NCBI GenBank assembly: GCA_965261545.1
Contig: CBDHDF010000002.1
Coordinates: 256,001-320,000 of the forward strand
DNA length: 64,000 nucleotides
Direction: 5' to 3'
Source: Bdellovibrionales bacterium
GTDB taxonomy: Bacteria > Bdellovibrionota > Bdellovibrionia > Bdellovibrionales > UBA1609
The stretch's first letter is position 1. Each line of letters begins with the position of its first letter. Of the stretch, positions 44,598 through 55,951 are shown piece by piece. The notes beneath the pieces were generated by a model that was not told where the DNA came from, did no database searches, and worked only from the letters and a program-made list of their open reading frames with translations. A program made the position numbers and the translations under genes.

Positions 44598-45680
44598 TCA
44601 GGATTTTATGTTTTTGACTTTTTTACGCAGCTTTTCCACGTCTTTGGAAGTGAGTCTAGTACATAGACAAATCGCTTCTACCTCAAAGCCATTTTGAATC
44701 ATTCGTAATGCCATCTCTTCACGACCCTTCTCGATACCCTTCTCGATACCCTTCTCGATACCCTTCTCGATACCCTTCTCGATACCCTTCTCGATACCCT
44801 TCTCAAGACCCTTTTCGATACCCTTTTCGATACCCTTCTCGATACCCTTCTCGATACCCTTCTTAAGGCCCTTTCTCATCCCCTTTTCCTCAGCTTCATC
44901 CAAAGAACATTGCAATGCTGACATAACTCTTTGATCCTCCTCGATACTTTCTTTTTCAATCTTACTGAGTACATTTAAAGTAAAATCTGGATCGTTTCGG
45001 TGGATATAATCCACCGCTTTTTGAATAAGGAACTTTTGATCCTTCTCATCCAAGTTTATACCCATCTGAAACAGCTCCACAATGGTCTCATGGCGAAGCC
45101 TCCAGATACTACTCATTATAAGCAAAATCGGCCTAGAAAGCAAATTCCTGCCAACTCCACGGTAAAGGTTTATATCATGAATATTCAACAACTTACAACG
45201 AAAATTGAGGATATTCTTCCCAAATTTTTGTCTTAGAACGGGGGTGAGCCCATCCAGAGAATCTTGAAAATTCAGGGGGCCTCTCCAGTGTTTTTGGCGT
45301 CCGTGATAGACCAGTATGGGAATGACTGGATAGTTCCAGCGATTGTAAACAAGGGTCTGGTACCTCAGAATTTGTTGGAGCACTTGAGAATCTTGATGAC
45401 TTTTGTGTTCGAGCAGAAAAAAAAGACGCACCCTTTTTTTGGACCCCTTGACTTGAACTGAGAATAAAAGGTCAATACGCCGTTCATTGCCCTCTTCATC
45501 TGTAAAGACAGTTATTTCTGGTTTGAGAGTTTTCCAGTTAAAGAGCTTAAACTCCTGTGTCGTCAAGACAAGACGGAAAATGTCTAGGCAATATCTCTCA
45601 TTCAGGAAAGTTTCATTGAATAGAGCATTATGGGCCTGAGACTGTTGTTTTCTTTTTTCTGAGATTTTCTTTGGAGGCAA
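44598..45680 (-). CDS. Rpn type B, array copy 2 (11 repeats, 360 aa)
   Basis: Rpn motifs; repeats counted in the translation. Confidence 0.9.
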   Translation of the reverse strand: MPPKKISEKRKQQSQAHNALFNETFLNERYCLDIFRLVLTTQEFKLFNWKTLKPEITVFTDEEGNERRIDLLFSVQVKGSKKRVRLFFLLEHKSHQDSQVLQQILRYQTLVYNRWNYPVIPILVYHGRQKHWRGPLNFQDSLDGLTPVLRQKFGKNILNFRCKLLNIHDINLYRGVGRNLLSRPILLIMSSIWRLRHETIVELFQMGINLDEKDQKFLIQKAVDYIHRNDPDFTLNVLSKIEKESIEEDQRVMSALQCSLDEAEEKGMRKGLKKGIEKGIEKGIEKGIEKGLEKGIEKGIEKGIEKGIEKGIEKGIEKGREEMALRMIQNGFEVEAICLCTRLTSKDVEKLRKKVKNIKS

Positions 45681-46330
45681 TGTCAGTCTTTCAAGTGAAG
45701 AGGGTTTTAGATGGGGCGGCTTAAGAAGATTATGGACAAGTGTATGAGCAAGTGAGCGGAGTTATCTGTCCATAAATCATCAAGACAAGGTAAAAGGGGG
45801 TGGGTTCTCCGGTCAAGTCAGATCAAGTCAAAAATTGGAAAGTCATCATTAACTATCATAAAACCGGAGAATTGATTATTCTTATCCTCCTCTCCGATAT
45901 GGCTATCGCCGCCCTCTTCCGCTGTAATTGTACCTGACTTAGCAGGTTGGAAAAAAGATCGTCTCCCAAAGCTTCCAGAAACGGCTTATTTTGAGCTACC
46001 TCCAGACTGGGTTTGTGAGGTTTTGTCTCCATCAACAGCTCGTTATGACAGGGTTTCAAAGATGAGGATATATGCCATTAATGAAATCCCTTATTATTGG
46101 GTGATAGACCCCATCGGTAGAACTTTAGAAATTTTTGTTCTTCAAGATGAAACCTACCGAATGGAGATAGGTTTTACTGGAAGCGATGAGGTTTTAGCTC
46201 CGCCCTTTGAAGCGATCGGGTTAGATTTAGGGGCACTATGGGATTACGAATAAGCCGTCATTTGCCTAGAATGTTACCCATGAGCAGCTTGCCTCTTTGG
46301 GTTCGTCGCTGTGTCGGGAAAGAGCTTTTC

Positions 46331-47389
46331 TCAGGATTTTATGTTTTTGACTTTTTTACGCAGCTTTTCCACGTCTTTGGAAGTGAGTCTAGTACATAGA
46401 CAAATCGCTTCTACCTCAAAGCCATTTTGAATCATTCGTAATGCCATCTCTTCACGACCCTTCTCGATACCCTTCTCGATACCCTTCTCGATACCCTTCT
46501 CGATACCCTTCTCAAGACCCTTTTCGATACCCTTTTCGATACCCTTCTCGATACCCTTCTCGATACCCTTCTTAAGGCCCTTTCTCATCCCCTTTTCCTC
46601 AGCTTCATCCAAAGAACATTGCAATGCTGACATAACTCTTTGATCCTCCTCGATACTTTCTTTTTCAATCTTACTGAGTACATTTAAAGTAAAATCTGGA
46701 TCGTTTCGGTGGATATAATCCACCGCTTTTTGAATAAGGAACTTTTGATCCTTCTCATCCAAGTTTATACCCATCTGAAACAGCTCCACAATGGTCTCAT
46801 GGCGAAGCCTCCAGATACTACTCATTATAAGCAAAATCGGCCTAGAAAGCAAATTCCTGCCAACTCCACGGTAAAGGTTTATATCATGAATATTCAACAA
46901 CTTACAACGAAAATTGAGGATATTCTTCCCAAATTTTTGTCTTAGAACGGGGGTGAGCCCATCCAGAGAATCTTGAAAATTCAGGGGGCCTCTCCAGTGT
47001 TTTTGGCGTCCGTGATAGACCAGTATGGGAATGACTGGATAGTTCCAGCGATTGTAAACAAGGGTCTGGTACCTCAGAATTTGTTGGAGCACTTGAGAAT
47101 CTTGATGACTTTTGTGTTCGAGCAGAAAAAAAAGACGCACCCTTTTTTTGGACCCCTTGACTTGAACTGAGAATAAAAGGTCAATACGCCGTTCATTGCC
47201 CTCTTCATCTGTAAAGACAGTTATTTCTGGTTTGAGAGTTTTCCAGTTAAAGAGCTTAAACTCCTGTGTCGTCAAGACAAGACGGAAAATGTCTAGGCAA
47301 TATCTCTCATTCAGGAAAGTTTCATTGAATAGAGCATTATGGGCCTGAGACTGTTGTTTTCTTTTTTCTGAGATTTTCTTTGGAGGCAA
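46331..47389 (-). CDS. Rpn type B, array copy 3 (9 repeats, 352 aa)
   Basis: Rpn motifs; repeats counted in the translation. Confidence 0.9.
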   Translation of the reverse strand: MPPKKISEKRKQQSQAHNALFNETFLNERYCLDIFRLVLTTQEFKLFNWKTLKPEITVFTDEEGNERRIDLLFSVQVKGSKKRVRLFFLLEHKSHQDSQVLQQILRYQTLVYNRWNYPVIPILVYHGRQKHWRGPLNFQDSLDGLTPVLRQKFGKNILNFRCKLLNIHDINLYRGVGRNLLSRPILLIMSSIWRLRHETIVELFQMGINLDEKDQKFLIQKAVDYIHRNDPDFTLNVLSKIEKESIEEDQRVMSALQCSLDEAEEKGMRKGLKKGIEKGIEKGIEKGIEKGLEKGIEKGIEKGIEKGIEKGREEMALRMIQNGFEVEAICLCTRLTSKDVEKLRKKVKNIKS

Positions 47390-48039
47390 TGTCAGTCTTT
47401 CAAGTGAAGAGGGTTTTAGATGGGGCGGCTTAAGAAGATTATGGACAAGTGTATGAGCAAGTGAGCGGAGTTATCTGTCCATAAATCATCAAGACAAGGT
47501 AAAAGGGGGTGGGTTCTCCGGTCAAGTCAGATCAAGTCAAAAATTGGAAAGTCATCATTAACTATCATAAAACCGGATAATTGATTATTCTTATCCTCCT
47601 CTCCGATATGGCTATCGCCGCCCTCTTCCGCTGTAATTGTACCTGACTTAGCAGGTTGGAAAAAAGATCGTCTCCCAAAGCTTCCAGAAACGGCTTATTT
47701 TGAGCTACCTCCAGACTGGGTTTGTGAGGTTTTGTCTCCATCAACAGCTCGTTATGACAGGGTTTCAAAGATGAGGATATATGCCATTAATGAAATCCCT
47801 TATTATTGGGTGATAGACCCCATCGGTAGAACTTTAGAAATTTTTGTTCTTCAAGATGAAACCTACCGAATGGAGATAGGTTTTACTGGAAGCGATGAGG
47901 TTTTAGCTCCGCCCTTTGAAGCGATCGGGTTAGATTTAGGGGCACTATGGGATTACGAATAAGCCGTCATTTGCCTAGAATGTTACCCATGAGCAGCTTG
48001 CCTCTTTGGGTTCGTCGCTGTGTCGGGAAAGAGCTTTTC

Positions 48040-49062
48040 TCAGGATTTTATGTTTTTGACTTTTTTACGCAGCTTTTCCACGTCTTTGGAAGTGAGTCTA
48101 GTACATAGACAAATCGCTTCTACCTCAAAGCCATTTTGAATCATTCGTAATGCCATCTCTTCACGACCCTTCTCGATACCCTTCTCGATACCCTTCTCGA
48201 TACCCTTCTCGATACCCTTCTCGATACCCTTCTCGATACCCTTCTTAAGGCCCTTTCTCATCCCCTTTTCCTCAGCTTCATCCAAAGAACATTGCAATGC
48301 TGACATAACTCTTTGATCCTCCTCGATACTTTCTTTTTCAATCTTACTGAGTACATTTAAAGTAAAATCTGGATCGTTTCGGTGGATATAATCCACCGCT
48401 TTTTGAATAAGGAACTTTTGATCCTTCTCATCCAAGTTTATACCCATCTGAAACAGCTCCACAATGGTCTCATGGCGAAGTTTCCAGATACTACTCATTA
48501 TAAGCAAAATCGGTCTAGAAAGCAAATTCCTGCCAACTCCACGGTAAAGGTTTATATCATGAATATTCAACAACTTACAACGAAAATTGAGGATATTCTT
48601 CCCAAATTTTTGTCTTAGAACGGGGGTGAGCCCATCCAGAGAATCTTGAAAATTCAGGGGGCCTCTCCAGTGTTTTTGGCGTCCGTGATAGACCAGTATG
48701 GGAATGACTGGATAGTTCCAGCGATTGTAAACAAGGGTCTGGTACCTCAGAATTTGTTGGAGCACTTGAGAATCTTGATGACTTTTGTGTTCGAGCAGAA
48801 AAAAAAGACGCACCCTTTTTTTGGACCCCTTGACTTGAACTGAGAATAAAAGGTCAATACGCCGTTCATTGCCCTCTTCATCTGTAAAGACAGTTATTTC
48901 TGGTTTGAGAGTTTTCCAGTTAAAGAGCTTAAACTCCTGTGTCGTCAAGACAAGACGGAAAATGTCTAGGCAATATCTCTCATTCAGGAAAGTTTCATTG
49001 AATAGAGCATTATGGGCCTGAGACTGTTGTTTTCTTTTTTCTGAGATTTTCTTTGGAGGCAA
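48040..49062 (-). CDS. Rpn type B, array copy 4 (6 repeats, 340 aa)
   Basis: Rpn motifs; repeats counted in the translation. Confidence 0.9.
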   Translation of the reverse strand: MPPKKISEKRKQQSQAHNALFNETFLNERYCLDIFRLVLTTQEFKLFNWKTLKPEITVFTDEEGNERRIDLLFSVQVKGSKKRVRLFFLLEHKSHQDSQVLQQILRYQTLVYNRWNYPVIPILVYHGRQKHWRGPLNFQDSLDGLTPVLRQKFGKNILNFRCKLLNIHDINLYRGVGRNLLSRPILLIMSSIWKLRHETIVELFQMGINLDEKDQKFLIQKAVDYIHRNDPDFTLNVLSKIEKESIEEDQRVMSALQCSLDEAEEKGMRKGLKKGIEKGIEKGIEKGIEKGIEKGIEKGREEMALRMIQNGFEVEAICLCTRLTSKDVEKLRKKVKNIKS

Positions 49063-49622
49063 TGTCAGTCTTTCAAGTGAAGAGGGTTTTAGATGGGGCG
49101 GCTTAAGAAGATTATGGACAAGTGTATGAGCAAGTGAGCGGAGTTATCTGTCCATAAATCATCAAGACAAGGTAAAAGGGGGTGGGTTCTCCGGTCAAGT
49201 CAGATCAAGTCAAAAATTGGAAAGTCATCATTAACTATCATAAAACCGGAGAATTGATTATTCTTATCCTCCTCTCCGATATGGCTATCGCCGCCCTCTT
49301 CCGCTGTGATTGTACCTGACTTAGCAGGTTGGAAAAAAGATCGTCTCCCAAAGCTTCCAGAAACGGCTTATTTTGAGCTACCTCCAGACTGGGTTTGTGA
49401 GGTTTTGTCTCCATCAACAGCTCGTTATGACAGGGTTTCAAAGATGAGGATATATGCCATTAATGAAATCCCTTATTATTGGGTGATAGACCCCATCGGT
49501 AGAACTTTAGAAATTTTTGTTCTTCAAGATGAAAGTAAATCATCGAGGAACCCCGTCTTTCAATAATTTTGAGATGTAATAGACTGAATCCATAACCACT
49601 AACTACTTACGAGGAGATAGAT

Positions 49623-50021
49623 ATGGATTTAGAGATTTTACGCAAGAAATTGAGCACATATCGTGGCCCAAGCGGCCGCATACGAGGAGCCAGTGATGAA
49701 CTCCTTTATGAGTTGCTGACGGCCTGGGAGAATTGGTCGGGTCCGATGAGCGGCTTCTATAAATCTCTTGGAGTCAGTAGGAATGGTATGGCCTCAATGA
49801 TAGGCAAGGCAAAGAAGCTAAAAAGAGAGGGCCATTTTCCGGAGTCAGAGTTTAAAGAGATCAAGATGGAGCCAAGTTCTTCGCTCCCAGGGGTGAGTTC
49901 TCCCTCCCATTCAGGCATCATTTTGAGATGGTCAAGGGGGCAAGTCATCCGTTTTCCCCATGTGGATGGGCTGATTGAATTTCTAAATAAGACAGATAAG
50001 ACAGAAAAGAAGGCCTCATGA
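49623..50021 (+). CDS. IS66 accessory protein (TnpA position)
   Basis: First ORF of the IS; RBS gaggag; overlaps tnpB by ATGA. Confidence 0.65.
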   Translation: MDLEILRKKLSTYRGPSGRIRGASDELLYELLTAWENWSGPMSGFYKSLGVSRNGMASMIGKAKKLKREGHFPESEFKEIKMEPSSSLPGVSSPSHSGIILRWSRGQVIRFPHVDGLIEFLNKTDKTEKKAS

Positions 50022-50410
50022 TAGCTTTGAACCGCAGGACCAAAATATTCGTCTGTAAGGAGCCCACAGATATGAGGGCTTCTTATGATTCTTTATTTCA
50101 TCGAGCCAAGACAGTTTTAGACAAGGACCCTTTTTCGGGTCATTTATTTTTGTTTGTCAACCGCCGTCGTACGTCGTGCAAGTGCCTGTACTATGATGGC
50201 ACAGGATTGGTAATTTTATCCAAGCGTCTTGAGCAGGGAACATTTTCTAGGATCAATCCTTTTCATAGTAAAGAAATTGTATTAACAGAGGCCGAGTTTG
50301 GTTTATTTTTTGAGGGAGCGAATTTAGAAAAAAGGTTTATAGAAAGTCCTTTGGAGATAAAAAAAGTTGCTAAAAAAATATTCCCAATGAGTCAAGAGTT
50401 GTCACTTTAA
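50018..50410 (+). CDS. tnpB: IS66 accessory protein TnpB
   Basis: PTDMRASYDSL, DPFSGHLFLFVNRRR, YDGTG, KRLEQG. Confidence 0.9.
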   Translation: MIALNRRTKIFVCKEPTDMRASYDSLFHRAKTVLDKDPFSGHLFLFVNRRRTSCKCLYYDGTGLVILSKRLEQGTFSRINPFHSKEIVLTEAEFGLFFEGANLEKRFIESPLEIKKVAKKIFPMSQELSL

Positions 50411-50416
50411 AAATAT

Positions 50417-52069
50417 TTGTTTATCCTTTTATTTATGAGCCAAGAAGATCTTTTCAAAGTTGTTCCAAAGACTCGATTTGACTTGATAAAAAAAGGTGAA
50501 GTTGTTTACCTTTTCCAAGAAGCCGAGCACACCATCCGCAAGCTGCAAAAAGAGATCAAAGACTTAAGAAATCTCCATGGAGAACTGAAGCAAAAAACTT
50601 TCTTGGTGGATGAGCAATATATTCTTTTAAAGAACAAGCTTTTTGGCAAAAGCTCAGAAAAGGAATCTCCAGATAATAAGAAAGATTCATCCCACCCAGC
50701 TTCGTTTCAAAATTCTACTTCTGACAAGGATGAAAAAAGAAAAAAGCGTATCCAGCTCCCCTCGGAAAGATATCCCAATGCCCCCGTTGTTGAACAAGAG
50801 GTGGAGCTTCAAGAACCTCCCAAATGCACTTGCTGTGGGGCCGAGATGAAGGACTCAGGTCTTACGGAAGCCAGTGAGTACCTCACCGTGGTTCCTGCCA
50901 AATATCTTATTATTAGACAAAAACGCCACAAATATAACTGTGGCCGTTGTCACGGGAGTCTTAAAACCGCTTCTACCCCCCCTCGAATCAAACCAAAGAG
51001 TTCTTACAGCGATGAAATGATGTTGGATGTGTCTTTGACCAAATACTGTGACCTCATTCCCATAGAGCGCTATGGGGCCATAGCTGGAAGAGCTGGGCTC
51101 GAAGGCTTACCTCCCCAAAGTCTCATAGAGTTGACCCACCATGTGGCCGACTTTACAAAAGGAGCTTACGATAAGCTCAAAGAAGAGATTCAAAGCAGCC
51201 AGGTTCTTCATGCCGATGAAACCCCTCACAAAATGCTTGAGAGAAATGGGGGGAAGAGTTGGTATTTATGGGGATTTTCCAATACAAAGACGAGTTATTT
51301 TGAAATACACAACACTCGCTCTGGGGATGTGTCTTCAAAGATGATAAAGAACTCCAAGTGTGAATATTTGGTCAGTGATGTTTTTTCTGGCTACAGCAAA
51401 ACAGTGAGAGAAGTGAATCAATACCGGAAAGACAGAGAAAATAAAGAAGAATTTAAGAAACTTTACAATGTGTACTGCAATGCCCATGCGAGGAGAAAGT
51501 TCAGGGAGGCCGTGGTGGCGAACTTGAACAAAGAGCCAGATCCATCCCAGTGTGCCCAATATTTTGTGAATATCTATGGAAAGATTTATCGTCTGGCAAA
51601 AATAGCCAAGAATGGGGAGCAAGGCTGTGATAAATTCCTGCGTGCTCAAAGGCTTATGCTCTGTCTATTTGAGAAGATGAAGGTGCGGGCCATGGAAGAT
51701 ATGGGGGGCTACTCTTCCAAAAGCTCTATGGGCAAGGCCATGGGATATCTTCTCAGAAACTATAAAGGCTTGACTTTGTTTGCTCACCACCACGGCTTGC
51801 CCATTGACAATAATTGCCAAGAACGACAGCTTCGCAGTCCTGTGGTGGGGCGCAAGACATGGTATGGAACGCACTCTAAAAGAGGGGCTGAAACAGCCTC
51901 CATATTGTTCTCCTTGGTAGAGTCATGCAAACTCAATCAGGTCAATCCAAGGGAGTATTTCAAAAAACTGGTCCAAGATATCCATCAAGGCAAAAATCCA
52001 TATACACCCTCTCAATACAAGATCTTGTATCCTCCCAACGAAAATAAAGACGATTTATTGCATATGTGA
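50417..52069 (+). CDS. tnpC: IS66 transposase TnpC
   Basis: LFGKSSEK, CTCCG and CGRC zinc motifs, HADET, CNAHARRKF, IDNNCQERQLR, SLVESCKLN. Confidence 0.92.
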   Translation: MFILLFMSQEDLFKVVPKTRFDLIKKGEVVYLFQEAEHTIRKLQKEIKDLRNLHGELKQKTFLVDEQYILLKNKLFGKSSEKESPDNKKDSSHPASFQNSTSDKDEKRKKRIQLPSERYPNAPVVEQEVELQEPPKCTCCGAEMKDSGLTEASEYLTVVPAKYLIIRQKRHKYNCGRCHGSLKTASTPPRIKPKSSYSDEMMLDVSLTKYCDLIPIERYGAIAGRAGLEGLPPQSLIELTHHVADFTKGAYDKLKEEIQSSQVLHADETPHKMLERNGGKSWYLWGFSNTKTSYFEIHNTRSGDVSSKMIKNSKCEYLVSDVFSGYSKTVREVNQYRKDRENKEEFKKLYNVYCNAHARRKFREAVVANLNKEPDPSQCAQYFVNIYGKIYRLAKIAKNGEQGCDKFLRAQRLMLCLFEKMKVRAMEDMGGYSSKSSMGKAMGYLLRNYKGLTLFAHHHGLPIDNNCQERQLRSPVVGRKTWYGTHSKRGAETASILFSLVESCKLNQVNPREYFKKLVQDIHQGKNPYTPSQYKILYPPNENKDDLLHM

Positions 52070-52077
52070 CAAACTTT

Positions 52078-52374
52078 TTATCCATTTGGCTTGACGACTT
52101 CCCATACAGCTAGCCTTAAATGCCCCTTAACTTTGTGTGCAACGCCAACAGCATCAAGTAATGCAAGCCGTTCTAGAGGAATACTATCAATATTTTGGTC
52201 GTCTTCAAATTCTAAGTGAATGACCTTTTTGTGAAGAAACTCCTTCATCTCTGGTCGAATATTTTTGTCAATAGTAACAACCAAAAAATTAAAATGATTG
52301 GCCTTTGTCTTCATAGGCCAAAACCCAAGACTTCGAAGTCTGCTCAATTTCTTGTGTAAAATCTCTAAATCCAT
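52078..52374 (-). CDS. IS66 passenger ORF sharing its first 11 codons with the TnpA-position ORF
   Basis: MDLEILHKKLS vs MDLEILRKKLS; RBS gaggagg. Confidence 0.55.
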   Translation of the reverse strand: MDLEILHKKLSRLRSLGFWPMKTKANHFNFLVVTIDKNIRPEMKEFLHKKVIHLEFEDDQNIDSIPLERLALLDAVGVAHKVKGHLRLAVWEVVKPNG

Positions 52375-52641
52375 ATTTACCTCCTCGTAAGTGGTTATGG
52401 ATTCAGTCTATTACACCTTCAAATTATTGAAAGACGGGGTTCCTGGATGATTTACAGATGAAACCTACCGAATGGAGATAGGTTTTACTGGAAGCGATGA
52501 GGTTTTAGCTCCGCCCTTTGAAGCGATCGGGTTAGATTTAGGGGCACTATGGGATTACGAATAAGCCGTCATTTGCCTAGAATGTTACCCATGAGCAGCT
52601 TGCCTCTTTGGGTTCGTCGCTGTGTCGGGAAAGAGCTTTTC

Positions 52642-53676
52642 TCAGGATTTTATGTTTTTGACTTTTTTACGCAGCTTTTCCACGTCTTTGGAAGTGAGTC
52701 TAGTACATAGACAAATCGCTTCTACCTCAAAGCCATTTTGAATCATTCGTAATGCCATCTCTTCACGACCCTTCTCGAGACCCTTCTCGATACCCTTCTC
52801 GATACCCTTCTCGATACCCTTCTCGATACCCTTCTCGATACCCTTCTCGATACCCTTCTTAAGGCCCTTTCTCATCCCCTTTTCCTCAGCTTCATCCAAA
52901 GAACATTGCAATGCTGACATAACTCTTTGATCCTCCTCGATACTTTCTTTTTCAATCTTACTGAGTACATTTAAAGTAAAATCTGGATCGTTTCGGTGGA
53001 TATAATCCACCGCTTTTTGAATAAGGAACTTTTGATCCTTCTCATCCAAGTTTATACCCATCTGAAACAGCTCCACAATGGTCTCATGGCGAAGTTTCCA
53101 GATACTACTCATTATAAGCAAAATCGGTCTAGAAAGCAAATTCCTGCCAACTCCACGGTAAAGGTTTATATCATGAATATTCAACAACTTACAACGAAAA
53201 TTGAGGATATTCTTCCCAAATTTTTGTCTTAGAACGGGGGTGAGCCCATCCAGAGAATCTTGAAAATTCAGGGGGCCTCTCCAGTGTTTTTGGCGTCCGT
53301 GATAGACCAGTATGGGAATGACTGGATAGTTCCAGCGATTGTAAACAAGGGTCTGGTACCTCAGAATTTGTTGGAGCACTTGAGAATCTTGATGACTTTT
53401 GTGTTCGAGCAGAAAAAAAAGACGCACCCTTTTTTTGGACCCCTTGACTTGAACTGAGAATAAAAGGTCAATACGCCGTTCATTGCCCTCTTCATCTGTA
53501 AAGACAGTTATTTCTGGTTTGAGAGTTTTCCAGTTAAAGAGCTTAAACTCCTGTGTCGTCAAGACAAGACGGAAAATGTCTAGGCAATATCTCTCATTCA
53601 GGAAAGTTTCATTGAATAGAGCATTATGGGCCTGAGACTGTTGTTTTCTTTTTTCTGAGATTTTCTTTGGAGGCAA
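52642..53676 (-). CDS. Rpn type B, array copy 5 (7 repeats, 344 aa)
   Basis: Rpn motifs; repeats counted in the translation. Confidence 0.9.
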   Translation of the reverse strand: MPPKKISEKRKQQSQAHNALFNETFLNERYCLDIFRLVLTTQEFKLFNWKTLKPEITVFTDEEGNERRIDLLFSVQVKGSKKRVRLFFLLEHKSHQDSQVLQQILRYQTLVYNRWNYPVIPILVYHGRQKHWRGPLNFQDSLDGLTPVLRQKFGKNILNFRCKLLNIHDINLYRGVGRNLLSRPILLIMSSIWKLRHETIVELFQMGINLDEKDQKFLIQKAVDYIHRNDPDFTLNVLSKIEKESIEEDQRVMSALQCSLDEAEEKGMRKGLKKGIEKGIEKGIEKGIEKGIEKGIEKGLEKGREEMALRMIQNGFEVEAICLCTRLTSKDVEKLRKKVKNIKS

Positions 53677-54326
53677 TGTCAGTCTTTCAAGTGAAGAGGG
53701 TTTTAGATGGGGCGGCTTAAGAAGATTATGGACAAGTGTATGAGCAAGTGAGCGGAGTTATCTGTCCATAAATCATCAAGACAAGGTAAAAGGGGGTGGG
53801 TTCTCCGGTCAAGTCAGATCAAGTCAAAAATTGGAAAGTCATCATTAACTATCATAAAACCGGAGAATTGATTATTCTTATCCTCCTCTCCGATATGGCT
53901 ATCGCCGCCCTCTTCCGCTGTAATTGTACCTGACTTAGCAGGTTGGAAAAAAGATCGTCTCCCAAAGCTTCCAGAAACGGCTTATTTTGAGCTACCTCCA
54001 GACTGGGTTTGTGAGGTTTTGTCTCCATCAACAGCTCGTTATGACAGGGTTTCAAAGATGAGGATATATGCCATTAATGAAATCCCTTATTATTGGGTGA
54101 TAGACCCCATCGGTAGAACTTTAGAAATTTTTGTTCTTCAAGATGAAACCTACCGAATGGAGATAGGTTTTACTGGAAGCGATGAGGTTTTAGCTCCGCC
54201 CTTTGAAGCGATCGGGTTAGATTTAGGGGCACTATGGGATTACGAATAAGCCGTCATTTGCCTAGAATGTTACCCATGAGCAGCTTGCCTCTTTGGGTTC
54301 GTCGCTGTGTCGGGAAAGAGCTTTTC

Positions 54327-55313
54327 TCAGGATTTTATGTTTTTGACTTTTTTACGCAGCTTTTCCACGTCTTTGGAAGTGAGTCTAGTACATAGACAAA
54401 TCGCTTCTACCTCAAAGCCATTTTGAATCATTCGTAATGCCATCTCTTCACGACCCTTCTCGATACCCTTCTCGATACCCTTCTCGATACCCTTCTTAAG
54501 GCCCTTTCTCATCCCCTTTTCCTCAGCTTCATCCAAAGAACATTGCAATGCTGACATAACTCTTTGATCCTCCTCGATACTTTCTTTTTCAATCTTACTG
54601 AGTACATTTAAAGTAAAATCTGGATCGTTTCGGTGGATATAATCCACCGCTTTTTGAATAAGGAACTTTTGATCCTTCTCATCCAAGTTTATACCCATCT
54701 GAAACAGCTCCACAATGGTCTCATGGCGAAGCCTCCAGATACTACTCATTATAAGCAAAATCGGCCTAGAAAGCAAATTCCTGCCAACTCCACGGTAAAG
54801 GTTTATATCATGAATATTCAACAACTTACAACGAAAATTGAGGATATTCTTCCCAAATTTTTGTCTTAGAACGGGGGTGAGCCCATCCAGAGAATCTTGA
54901 AAATTCAGGGGGCCTCTCCAGTGTTTTTGGCGTCCGTGATAGACCAGTATGGGAATGACTGGATAGTTCCAGCGATTGTAAACAAGGGTCTGGTACCTCA
55001 GAATTTGTTGGAGCACTTGAGAATCTTGATGACTTTTGTGTTCGAGCAGAAAAAAAAGACGCATCCTTTTTTTGGACCCCTTGACTTGAACTGAGAATAA
55101 AAGGTCAATACGCCGTTCATTGCCCTCTTCATCTGTAAAGACAGTTATTTCTGGTTTGAGAGTTTTCCAGTTAAAGAGCTTAAACTCCTGTGTCGTCAAG
55201 ACAAGACGGAAAATGTCTAGGCAATATCTCTCATTCAGGAAAGTTTCATTGAATAGAGCATTATGGGCCTGAGACTGTTGTTTTCTTTTTTCTGAGATTT
55301 TCTTTGGAGGCAA
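54327..55313 (-). CDS. Rpn type B, array copy 6 (3 repeats, 328 aa)
   Basis: Rpn motifs; repeats counted in the translation. Confidence 0.9.
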   Translation of the reverse strand: MPPKKISEKRKQQSQAHNALFNETFLNERYCLDIFRLVLTTQEFKLFNWKTLKPEITVFTDEEGNERRIDLLFSVQVKGSKKRMRLFFLLEHKSHQDSQVLQQILRYQTLVYNRWNYPVIPILVYHGRQKHWRGPLNFQDSLDGLTPVLRQKFGKNILNFRCKLLNIHDINLYRGVGRNLLSRPILLIMSSIWRLRHETIVELFQMGINLDEKDQKFLIQKAVDYIHRNDPDFTLNVLSKIEKESIEEDQRVMSALQCSLDEAEEKGMRKGLKKGIEKGIEKGIEKGREEMALRMIQNGFEVEAICLCTRLTSKDVEKLRKKVKNIKS

Positions 55314-55951
55314 TGTCAGTCTTTCAAGTGAAGAGGGTTTTAGATGGGGCGGCTTAAGAAGATTATGGACAAGTGAGCGGAGTTATCTGTCCATAAATCA
55401 TCAAGACAAGGTAAAAGGGGGTGGGTTCTCCGGTCAAGTCAGATCAAGTCAAAAATTGGAAAGTCATCATTAACTATCATAAAACCGGAGAATTGATTAT
55501 TCTTATCCTCCTCTCCGATATGGCTATCGCCGCCCTCTTCCGCTGTGATTGTACCTGACTTAGCAGGTTGGAAAAAAGATCGTCTCCCAAAGCTTCCAGA
55601 AACGGCTTATTTTGAGCTACCTCCAGACTGGGTTTGTGAGGTTTTGTCTCCATCAACAGCTCGTTATGACAGGGTTTCAAAGATGAGGATATATGCCATT
55701 AATGAAATCCCTTATTATTGGGTGATAGACCCCATCGGTAGAACTTTAGAAATTTTTGTTCTTCAAGATGAAACCTACCGAATGGAGATAGGTTTTACTG
55801 GAAGCGATGAGGTTTTAGCTCCGCCCTTTGAAGCGATCGGGTTAGATTTAGGGGCACTATGGGATTACGAATAAGCCGTCATTTGCCTAGAATGTTACCC
55901 ATGAGCAGCTTGCCTCTTTGGGTTCGTCGCTGTGTCGGGAAAGAGCTTTTC

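Larger units (their letters stand above)
49535..52455 (+). mobile_element. IS66-family element (tnpA-tnpB-tnpC plus a convergent extra ORF)
   Basis: GTAA...TTAC ends; 8-bp TSD agatgaaa inside the uma2 remnant of unit 5. Confidence 0.93.
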
